Shown here: piece by piece, positions 9,684 through 17,613 of the stretch
How the letters are laid out: each line of letters begins with the position of its first letter
How positions within the stretch are numbered: the stretch's first letter is position 1
Assembly (NCBI GenBank): GCA_963663805.2
Contig: CAXXMR010000033.1
Span: 1 to 41,294 of the forward strand
Reading direction: 5' to 3'
DNA from: Sedimentisphaerales bacterium
GTDB lineage: Bacteria > Planctomycetota > Phycisphaerae > Sedimentisphaerales > SM23-30
Length of the DNA stretch: 41,294 nt
Position numbers and translations under genes: made by a program
The notes under the pieces: model-generated
The model's input: the letters and a program-made list of their open reading frames with translations, nothing else
What the model was told of the DNA's origin: nothing
Databases searched by the model: none

Positions 9684-11629
9684 TGGACAGATTAAACATC
9701 GTTGATTATTCGATGATTGGCGGATACTTCCTCATCCTCGTGGCCATAGGTCTCTACCTGAAAAAAAGAGCTTCGGCGAGCATGGATGATTATTTTCTGG
9801 GCGGCAAAAAACTGCCCTGGTGGGCTCTGGGAATTTCAGGTATGGCTGCCTGGCTGGATATGACCGGCACCATGGTCGTGGTTTCATTTCTATTCATGAT
9901 GGGGCCGCGGGCCCTGTTTATTGAATTCAGGGGCGGAGCCGGTTTAGTTTTGGTTTTCCTTATGCTCTGGCTGGGCAGATGGTATAAACGCTCTGGAGTT
10001 ATGACTAATGCTGAATGGATGATTTACAGGTTCGGCAATGATGGATGGGGTAAATTCGCTCGAATTTCTCAGGCAATCTCTGCGATTATTTTTGGGGTAG
10101 GGATGCTGGCATACTCTTTTAAGGGGGCGGGCATGTTTTTAGCAACTTTTCTGCCTTTTTCTCCCCTGGTCTGCTCAATCATAATGATAGTAGTTACCGC
10201 GATTTATACCCTAGAGTCAGGATTTTACGGGGTTGTCATTACCGAAATATTTCAGGCGGTTTGCATTTTGCTGGGCGTTATTTTCATTGTGATAATCGCG
10301 GTGGATAAAGTTTCGGGTGTAGATATAGCTGCCCTGGCCCAGGAGGTTACCGGTTCCCATGACTGGACCTCCTCATGGCCGGCCTGGCAAACAGAAATGC
10401 CATCAGGATACGAAAACTACCATTTATTGACCCTGGTTTCGACTTTTTATCTGCTTAAAACTGTGGTTCAGGGTTTAGGTATAACCGGGGACCCTAAATT
10501 TTTTGGTGCTCGCAATGAAAGAGAGACCGGGCTGCTGAGCTTTCTGTCGGGCTGGACTTTGATGATGCGCTGGCCTTTGATGATGGCTTTTGCGATTCTG
10601 GGTATTTTCCTGGTTAAGGATTTGTTTCCTGATCAGGCTGTCCTGATGAACGCACGGGATACGATTGTCAATCATGTTGAGGGCGTAAATGGCGTCCAGT
10701 GGCACAATACAATTTCGAATATCGCGAACAACCCTCAAAAGTACGACCCTCAAATGATTCAGGAATTGGCTCGCCTGCTGGGAGAAGACTGGCCCGAAAA
10801 AATTAATTTTCTGGGATATCATGGTAATGTGGACCCGGAGAAGATATTGCCTTCGGTATTGCTTTGGAATGTCCCCTTGGGGCTCAGAGGTTTGTTGCTG
10901 GTTGCGCTGATAGCGGCAGCAATGTCAACTTTCAGTGCGATAATCAATATTACCACTTCTTTTTGGTCCCGTGATATATATCAAGCTTATCTTAGGCCTG
11001 CGGCGAATAACAAAGAGCTTATAACTATCAGTCATTTATTTGGCCTGGTCTTAATCATCTGCGGTTTTGTGATGGCTTACTTTACGGAAACGATAAATGA
11101 TATTTGGGGATGGCTTACCGTTGGTGTGGCCGCTGGCTTAGGCATGCCCTTGGTATTGCGCTTTTACTGGTGGCGTTTCAACGGTGCGGGTTTTGCTGTG
11201 GGGACTTTGGTGGGCATGGGCGGGGTGATTATTCAGAGAGTGCTATGGCATAACATGTCGGAAGTTTATCAGTTTATTTATGGGGTCTCAATTGGGCTTT
11301 TGGGATGTCTGATTGGCACCTATTTGTCAAAGCCTACTGATAATAATATCCTAGAGAATTTCTATAAGACTACCAGGCCTTTCGGGTTTTGGAAGCCATA
11401 TCGCAAGTTATTGTCCGAAACAGAAAATATTATTCTGCGTCGAGAAACAAAATATAATTTGCTCTCGCTACCCTTTGCTTTCTGTTGGATGGTAACCATC
11501 TATCTTCTGCCCCTGCAACTTATGATAAAAGAGTTCAAGGCCGCGAGTATTACATTTGTTGTTTTTGCAATCTCAATTGTAGGGTTATATGAATTCTGGT
11601 ATATAAAATTACCAAAAGCTGAAAGATAA
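9683..11629 (+). CDS. Sodium:solute symporter (SSS family) transporter
   Basis: DDYFLGGKKLPWWALGISGMA and AAAMST motifs, many hydrophobic helices. The ATG overlaps the upstream stop (TGATG at 9681-9685), indicating translational coupling. Confidence 0.92.
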   Translation: MDRLNIVDYSMIGGYFLILVAIGLYLKKRASASMDDYFLGGKKLPWWALGISGMAAWLDMTGTMVVVSFLFMMGPRALFIEFRGGAGLVLVFLMLWLGRWYKRSGVMTNAEWMIYRFGNDGWGKFARISQAISAIIFGVGMLAYSFKGAGMFLATFLPFSPLVCSIIMIVVTAIYTLESGFYGVVITEIFQAVCILLGVIFIVIIAVDKVSGVDIAALAQEVTGSHDWTSSWPAWQTEMPSGYENYHLLTLVSTFYLLKTVVQGLGITGDPKFFGARNERETGLLSFLSGWTLMMRWPLMMAFAILGIFLVKDLFPDQAVLMNARDTIVNHVEGVNGVQWHNTISNIANNPQKYDPQMIQELARLLGEDWPEKINFLGYHGNVDPEKILPSVLLWNVPLGLRGLLLVALIAAAMSTFSAIINITTSFWSRDIYQAYLRPAANNKELITISHLFGLVLIICGFVMAYFTETINDIWGWLTVGVAAGLGMPLVLRFYWWRFNGAGFAVGTLVGMGGVIIQRVLWHNMSEVYQFIYGVSIGLLGCLIGTYLSKPTDNNILENFYKTTRPFGFWKPYRKLLSETENIILRRETKYNLLSLPFAFCWMVTIYLLPLQLMIKEFKAASITFVVFAISIVGLYEFWYIKLPKAER

Positions 11630-11727
11630 AAGACGCGACAAGCATAGCATCAAATAAAAAGAGTAAGTATTCTAAACACAAAAAACGTTGTTACAAGAAG
11701 CGCATATGCTTATATCGGAGAAACAAA

Positions 11728-12837
11728 ATGACCGGACGAGAAAGACTTCTGACGGCGTTAAATAACCAAAAACCAGACCGGCTGCCCTGTCAGGTGCATA
11801 GCTGGATGCCTTATTATCTGAAGAATTACCTGGACGGTATTGACCAGTGGGAGGCGTATGAGAGGTTCGGGTTTGATTTTGTAATATACAATGGTATAAG
11901 ACATATTTTCGACCCGGCGGTCGAGGCGAACTGGCAGCAGGAGAAGGTGGCTGAACATGTTGATTCTTCCGGTGTGCAACATACGGAATATGTAATCAAA
12001 ACTCCCGTTGGTAAACTTCAGCTCAGGCAGGGCGCAAATGAATATACTATATTTGATACGGAACATCTCATTAAGGGCAAGGATGATTTCGAGATTTTCG
12101 CTAAATACTGGCCTGTGCCAAGTGAGATAGATTATTCGAATATTATCGCTGATAAAGAGCGGCTGGGCGATAAGGGGATAATGCGAACTTACGGTATCAA
12201 TTATTTCTATGGTCAGATCAGCCCGTGGCAGAGTTTGTGTTATCTGATGGGGACCGAGCAGGCGATTATGGCAGCGATGGATGATTCGGGCTGGCTTCAT
12301 TATGCTTTGGAGGTGCTGTTGGATAAGGCCCTGAAGGTAATTACGATAAGTAAAGGCTGTCCGGTTGATTTAATCGAAATCGGTGGCGGAGCGGCATCAA
12401 ATACGGTTATCAGCCCCGCGATGTTTGAGGAGTTCTGCCTGCCCTACGATAAAAAGCAGATAGAGGCCATACATGGTATCGGCGGCAAGGTTGTATACCA
12501 TCTTTGCGGCGGATTGATGAAGATGGGTGATATGGTAATCGAAAGCGGCGCTGACGCTCTGGAGACCATGACACCAATATCGATGGGCGGTGATTGCGAC
12601 TTGGCTTTGGCCTCGCAGAAGTGGGGTTCGAAATTGTGCTTCATTGGTGGGTTCGATCAGAACGTCGGATTCGAGAACGGCACACCCGACGACGCCCGCC
12701 GGATTGTACGGGAATGTTTCGAGGCGACGAAGGACCACGGCGGGTATATCATCTCACCCAGCGATCATTTTTTCCACGGCGACCCGGCAAATCTCCAGGC
12801 GTTTGTGAATGAAGCGAAGAATTGTGTGTATGGGTAA
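11728..12837 (+). CDS. Uroporphyrinogen decarboxylase (URO-D)/MtaA-CmuA superfamily protein
   Basis: MTGRERLLTAL...PDRLP start, ISPAMFEEFCLPY, YHLCGG (H-x-C), IGGFDQ and GGYIISPS. RBS GGAG. Confidence 0.85.
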   Translation: MTGRERLLTALNNQKPDRLPCQVHSWMPYYLKNYLDGIDQWEAYERFGFDFVIYNGIRHIFDPAVEANWQQEKVAEHVDSSGVQHTEYVIKTPVGKLQLRQGANEYTIFDTEHLIKGKDDFEIFAKYWPVPSEIDYSNIIADKERLGDKGIMRTYGINYFYGQISPWQSLCYLMGTEQAIMAAMDDSGWLHYALEVLLDKALKVITISKGCPVDLIEIGGGAASNTVISPAMFEEFCLPYDKKQIEAIHGIGGKVVYHLCGGLMKMGDMVIESGADALETMTPISMGGDCDLALASQKWGSKLCFIGGFDQNVGFENGTPDDARRIVRECFEATKDHGGYIISPSDHFFHGDPANLQAFVNEAKNCVYG

Positions 12838-12943
12838 TAAAGTAAACGGAGGAGGAGATTAAATTTGCGGTTGCTCTACTCAAAAAAAACATACTTGTTG
12901 AAACCCAACGACTTATGTAAAACCAAAAACTTGCTGTGTGATT

Positions 12944-13130
12944 TTAACTGTAAGTTACGGAGAAAATAATACGAAAATGCCGCTTCTCCAGAAGATGCTC
13001 CCGAATAATCCTTACCTTCTCCACCGCCTCAAACCGCCTACGCTCCTGTTTCATAACAAATCCCTTTCAAAAATATACATAAAGAATAGCAACTTTAAAG
13101 GATTTGTCCATTTCCAACTGAGGCAATACA
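12944..13130 (-). mobile_element. IS3-family left-end remnant: terminal repeat plus truncated orfA
   Basis: On the minus strand the end begins TGTATTGCCTCAGTTGGAAATGGACAAA (13130-13103) and matches the IS3 end at 15168-15195 at 21/28 positions. ORF 13054-12944 reads MKQERRRFEAVEKVRIIREHLLEKR..., like an IS3 OrfA N-terminus, then degenerates. Confidence 0.7.
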
Positions 13131-13258
13131 AACTTACCTAAATAGTGGTCCATTTACCGCCCAAAATAAACGTATTTTCGACGGTTTTTATTATAGCAAA
13201 TTGAGAGAATAAGTCTATGATTAAGTTTAGATGCAACATAAGTCCTTATTTTACAGAA

Positions 13259-13331
13259 AGGCGGCGGTGGGATTCGAACCCACGATAACGGATTTGCAAT
13301 CCGTCGCCTTAGACCACTTGGCCACGCCGCC
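13259..13331 (-). tRNA. tRNA-Cys (GCA)
   Basis: GGCGGCGTGGCCAAGTGGTCTAAGGCGACGGATTGCAAATCCGTTATCGTGGGTTCGAATCCCACCGCCGCCT folds as a full cloverleaf with anticodon GCA and discriminator U. CCA is not encoded. Confidence 0.97.
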
Positions 13332-13355
13332 GTCGCTATCTCATAGCAGAGCACT

Positions 13356-13384
13356 AACTTAGCGACTTACCCCAATATTGTCAA
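13356..13384 (-). promoter_or_regulatory. Sigma70-type promoter for tRNA-Cys
   Basis: TTGACA-17 nt-TAAGTT on the minus strand, about 25 nt upstream of the tRNA. Confidence 0.6.
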
Positions 13385-13436
13385 CTCCGTGAAAAGAGAT
13401 TTTCTCTAAATTGCCGAAAAACGTTATTTTTCCTCA

Positions 13437-13465
13437 TTGACTATACCTTTTCTATGATGTATAAG
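13437..13465 (+). promoter_or_regulatory. Sigma70-type promoter for tRNA-Pro
   Basis: TTGACT-17 nt-TATAAG, about 21 nt upstream of the tRNA. Confidence 0.6.
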
Positions 13466-13486
13466 GGCGTGGCTGTAAGAAAATTA

Positions 13487-13561
13487 CGGGGCGTGGCGCA
13501 GTTTGGCTAGCGCGCATGACTGGGGGTCATGAGGTCGCAGGTTCAAGTCCTGTCGCCCCGA
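13487..13561 (+). tRNA. tRNA-Pro (GGG)
   Basis: CGGGGCG/CGCCCCG acceptor stem, CATGA-CTGGGGG-TCATG anticodon arm and GGTTCAAGTCC T arm. CCA is not encoded. Confidence 0.97.
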
Positions 13562-13923
13562 GTTGACTGGACAGCCGCTTGATTTTGCAAAAAATTGAGC
13601 GGCTTTCTCTTTGCTATATAAAGACTTACGTCGCTTACAGTACGGTTCAAACTAATCGATTCTAAAATTTCTCTTTTTTGGGCAGAGTTTGAACCATTCC
13701 ATATTTCCGCCAGATTTTGGCTAAATTTAAGCAGTTTTAAGGCCTTTTCGGCCATATTTGGTTGTTCAAATCCAGTCGCCTCAGTCAGCTGTTCTTTGAC
13801 ATCTTCAGCCTCGCTTTTTAAGGTATCGACCTTCTCCTGGAAAACCTCCTGCTCGATAGTTCCCGCCAAATACGCGTTCAGTAGGCGTTCCTGTTGGTTG
13901 GCAATCTCGCTCTGCCGCTTCTT
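13543..13923 (-). pseudogene. C-terminal fragment of a large serine recombinase/integrase, cut by an IS66 end
   Basis: Coiled-coil tail QERLLNAYLAGTIEQEVF..K...KREILESISLNRTVSDVSL...RKP, typical of large serine recombinases. The frame ends in RGDRT*, read from the antisense strand of the tRNA-Pro 3' end. Confidence 0.7.
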
Positions 13924-14706
13924 GTGAGTTTTCGGCAAGCGTGAAAAAATTGAAATTTATTCTGGGGCGGCGGTGGTTTGGAGCCTGTCTTTGTAGTTCC
14001 AGGGCATCCAGTTGGCTGGGGATGACGTGGCGGTATCGAGGTGCTTTTGCAGTTGGGTGAGGTAATCGAACGGGTTGACTTTATTCAGTTCGCAGGTATG
14101 GATAACGCTCATGAACAGGTCGCCCACCCGGGCACCGTTGAGAGTTTTGTAGAAGCAGGCGTTTTTTCGGTGCAGAATCGCCTTCTTCAAGGCCCGTTCG
14201 CAGATATTATTGTCCAGCGGCGTACCGGGCTGTCTCAGGAACAGCGTCAGTTTCTGCCAGTGCCGAAGCATATATCCAATCGCCTCGCCCAGTCCGCTGT
14301 TGGGTTCAACCTTTTTTTGTTCGAGCTGCTTAGCCAGCCAGATTTCCAGTTCCGCCATTTTCGGGCCGCTGTGAGCCTGATGCCATTGGAGTCGCTGCTG
14401 ATGGGACAGGCCCTGGCGTTTGGCCTGGTCGTCATGGGCGTAAACCGTCTTGAGTATATCCAAAACATACAGACACTCCTCCGGGAAATGGGCCGCCACC
14501 TCAACAAAACGCCGCCGGCCATGCGTCAGACAGTTACTCAGGATCGTCTTGAGCGGTTCGGGCGCGTTACGGCTCAGGGCATCACACATCTGAATAGGCG
14601 TATCCAAATCAGCGGCGCGTTTTTTGAGCAGGTCGGTTAGATTCTCGCCGGCATGACAATTCCCGGTGAAGAACAACGCGATCCGATGATCGTCCCCAAC
14701 CGATAC
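13924..14706 (-). mobile_element. IS66-family 3' fragment (TnpC transposase C-terminal part plus right end)
   Basis: QMCDALSRN, NCLTHGRRRF, EPNSGLGEAIGYM..HW..LT.F, DNNICERALK and NPFDYL..L...WMPWNY. The terminal sequence GTGAGTTTTCGGC starts at 13924. The 5' part is replaced by an IS3 fragment. Confidence 0.9.
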
Positions 14707-14934
14707 CTGTATTCGAGTTCATACGCCATTGTCGCGGGATGATGCGTGTCGCCTGGTGGCTGATTTTGTGAGGCATTACAATGACCAGCGGCTACACAGT
14801 GCGATTGGATATATTACGCCCAACGATAAACTTGCCGGCCGGGCCGAAACGATTCTGGCCGCCCGGGAAGCCAAACTCGATGCCGCCCGTCAGGCCCGCA
14901 AAGCCCTGAGAAAGGTGTCGTAGTGAAAAGACGC

Positions 14935-14963
14935 TTGACAGAGATTGGGAACGCCCGGACAAT
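14935..14963 (+). promoter_or_regulatory. Putative sigma70 promoter inside the IS3 3' region
   Basis: Perfect TTGACA, 17 nt spacer, GACAAT, starting 11 nt after the transposase stop. Confidence 0.5.
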
Positions 14964-14967
14964 ACCG

Positions 14968-15150
14968 TTGGTAGGCGAAACGGACGCAGGCTCTGCAGAG
15001 GTGCAACCTGCCAGGGATAGCCAGACCAAGGCGACGAATTGTCGTGGGGGTGGCAGTTATACACCTGCCGCCCCAGGTGTGAGGCGTTCCGCAGACAATT
15101 CAGAGCCTTCTTATGCCTTTAAAAACCTCTTGCCGAAGGCAAGTTTAAGA
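14968..15150 (+). ncRNA. Candidate structured RNA in the IS3 3' region (family unknown)
   Basis: Several complementary segments found by eye (listed in the finding), lying downstream of a promoter-like site. Boundaries are approximate. Confidence 0.4.
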
Positions 15151-15351
15151 GTTAATCGTGAAACCCATTTGTCCAATTCACGCTGAACCAGTACAAGAAC
15201 CAGCCTCGCAGCCGGCGTACAAATCAGACGTAAGCCGCAACGTACCATAATCCATTGCCAGCGCCGCGTCATCTATCGACAGAGTGTTTGCCCGGCATGT
15301 CCCCAGCAAAGGTAAGGTATCGACGACATAGAACTGCTCAAAGCACCCTGG

Positions 15352-15972
15352 TCAGAGCAAATTTTCGATCGCTGCCCATAGATTCCGCAGCGCGTTACCG
15401 CGATGCGAAACATCGTTTTTTTTCGCCTTGTCAAGCTGAGCGATAGTAAGCTTGCGTTCCGGCAAATAGAACAGCGGGTCATAACCAAACCCGTTCGTCC
15501 CCGCCGCTTCGAAGGCGATTTGCCCTTGGCACTTGCCGTCAACCTCGTTTACCACCTTACCGTTAAAGCTCAGGCACAAACAGCAGCGAAACCTAGCTGT
15601 GCGTTGTTCCGTCGGTACATCTTTCAGCAATTCCAGAACCTTCCGATTATTCGCCGCGTCCCGTCCATTTCCATCCACCCCCGCGAATCGTGCCGAATAT
15701 ACCCCCGGCGATCCATCCAGTGCGTCAATCTCCAGCCCCGAATCATCCGCCAAAACCCAGCCGCCCAGCATTAGACCATATTCGACAGCCTTCTTTCGAG
15801 CGTTTGCCGCGAACGTATCACCATCCTCCTCAACCTCCGGCAAATCGCCAAACTCGTCCAGTCCCCGCACCACAACCCTCTTACCCAGCATGTAGGCCAG
15901 CTCCGTCACCTTCCCCGCGTTAGTGCTGGCCAGAATCAACTCACGAATCTTATCATACTCCGCCATTATCAT
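15352..15972 (-). CDS. rdgB: RdgB/HAM1 non-canonical purine NTP pyrophosphatase
   Basis: LASTNAGK, EEDGDTFAANARKKA, ADDSGL, PGVYSARF, GFGYDPLF and KNDVSHRG. The start may be ATG 15966. Confidence 0.95.
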   Translation of the reverse strand: MIMAEYDKIRELILASTNAGKVTELAYMLGKRVVVRGLDEFGDLPEVEEDGDTFAANARKKAVEYGLMLGGWVLADDSGLEIDALDGSPGVYSARFAGVDGNGRDAANNRKVLELLKDVPTEQRTARFRCCLCLSFNGKVVNEVDGKCQGQIAFEAAGTNGFGYDPLFYLPERKLTIAQLDKAKKNDVSHRGNALRNLWAAIENLL

Positions 15973-16586
15973 CTTTTCCTGTAAGCAAGTTAAAAACTCT
16001 TTTTACTTTTCAGGAAAAAGATAATCAACATATTTCCATTTGAATTTACCACCTCCATGGAAATGAAATAGAGAGATTTTAAGGGGGAATGTTCCATTTG
16101 GTCTCGATTTTTTCCTAAAAGAATAGATGATTTCAATGTGAATCTGGTCGGTGTGCCCAGAATTATTTATTGGTAATCATCTGTTAGCTAATATGTTGCA
16201 AAGCCGGACCTACCGACCAGATTGTTTTTAATCTTATTTTTCCTGATTTTCTTATTCAAAATGGCCTTTCGGATGTTGATTATGACAGCTCAAGGTCCCA
16301 TAATTGACAGAGTTGGCTAAAGCGGAGAGAGTTTTTTTAGTAGCCTTTCAGGTTGTTCCGTTCTGACCAGTGAGTCTGTGTATGTAATTTGATGTTTGGG
16401 CAGGGAGAGAGAGTCCTGCCGGAATTCTTAAAATCGTTGATGATAACATGGCAAATGCGCCCTTCTGGGGCGATGTGTGTGAGTGTGTGTTTCTTTTGAA
16501 TGAGCGATACCCAGCGTGGTGTATTGCCGAATTGAGATGGAGAGAGCTTCCCTGCAAGGGAATTCAGGGAAAAGGAGCTTACTGTT

Positions 16587-17276
16587 ATGAAGAAAACTTT
16601 TGTATTTGCGGTGCTGGCCGCAATGATGCTAATCGCCGTGCCAGCAACAGCGGTGCTGATGGAAACCTCGCAGACATTGCCTTTTTCGTTTGGGCTTTCG
16701 CCTGGTAATGAAGATTTGCATTTCGATATGTTTTGCCCGGAAACCATCTGTGAGCAGGGCATGACTGGTGTTCTGAAAGAAGTGGTATTGGAATTGGACT
16801 ACACCATCGGTACAGACATTACTATCGAAAATGATGCTGCACTAGCGGGCAATATCTCAGTTGCACTATCTGGTTTTATCCAGGCAGGCGGGGGAGGATT
16901 AGGCGTTACTGGTTTGCTAAGTCATACTACTCCCGCGGTTCCTTTGGCAGCCACCGACGGTCAGCCTGGCAAGGGGCTTGATTATCATGATTTTGGAACT
17001 GTCAGTGTCTCTGGTAACGACGATGATGATCTGACCAATCCTCCGGATGATCTGAGTTATTTCATCGGTTGCGGAGAAGGTTCTGTTGTTATTTCCATAC
17101 ATGCTGAGGGTGGATGGTCGTTTGCCGGAACCTCGGATGCAACTTTGCAGATTTCCAATTTTGGTGCATCCGGCGATGCAACCATTACTTATTACTATGA
17201 ATGTGTACCTGAGCCTATGACACTGCTGTTAATGGGTTTAGGCACTGTTGCTCTGCGGTTTGGCAAGCGTCGTTAA
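16587..17276 (+). CDS. PEP-CTERM (exosortase-target) surface protein, possibly choice-of-anchor E type
   Basis: RBS AAGGAG, signal peptide, and C-terminal VPEPMTLLLMGLGTVALRFGKRR. Confidence 0.9.
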   Translation: MKKTFVFAVLAAMMLIAVPATAVLMETSQTLPFSFGLSPGNEDLHFDMFCPETICEQGMTGVLKEVVLELDYTIGTDITIENDAALAGNISVALSGFIQAGGGGLGVTGLLSHTTPAVPLAATDGQPGKGLDYHDFGTVSVSGNDDDDLTNPPDDLSYFIGCGEGSVVISIHAEGGWSFAGTSDATLQISNFGASGDATITYYYECVPEPMTLLLMGLGTVALRFGKRR

Positions 17277-17305
17277 TCCGTAGAGTTTAGCTTTTAAGCC
17301 ATTTG

Positions 17306-17336
17306 AGGCGGGCATCTTAGGGTGTTCGCCTTTTTT
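17306..17336 (+). terminator. Intrinsic terminator after the PEP-CTERM gene
   Basis: AGGCGGGCATC-TTAG-GGTGTTCGCCT stem (with G-U pairs) followed by a T run. Confidence 0.8.
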
Positions 17337-17349
17337 AATGTCTGTATCA

Positions 17350-17478
<129 letters not shown>

Positions 17479-17613
17479 TTAACTTGTTAAATAGCAACGA
17501 CTTACGATTTTCGACAACCTGTATCTTTTCCCGGAAATACCCTGATTTTGCCAAAGTGGGTCACTTTTGGGTCAGTCAGGTCAGCTTCTGGGATTTTTCC
17601 AAGCATTTTGGAC

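Larger units (their letters stand above)
14708..15195 (+). mobile_element. IS3-family 3' fragment (OrfB integrase-core C-terminus, ~270 nt 3' region and right terminal repeat)
   Basis: CIRVHTPLSRDDACRLVADFVRHYNDQRLHSAIGYITP (YN..R.HS..GY.TP motif), stop at 14923. The end TTTGTCCAATTCACGCTGAACCAGTACA finishes in CA-3', the IS3 hallmark. Confidence 0.85.

Noticed and set aside
11728..12837. Calling the URO-D-family gene hemE
   Set aside because: It lacks the HemE W.MRQAGR motif, has an H-x-C metal motif, and has no hem neighbours.
14968..15030. c-di-GMP-I or cobalamin riboswitch in the IS3 3' region
   Set aside because: Only fragments resemble them (GAAA...GGACGCA). The GGCAAAC/GCAAAGC core and the B12 box are absent, and no regulated gene follows.
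14923..15186. 87-aa ORF in the IS3 3' region as a passenger protein
   Set aside because: Low-complexity translation with no motif, running into the terminal repeat. A promoter-like site and extensive base-pairing lie inside it, which fits a non-coding role better. Not fully excluded.
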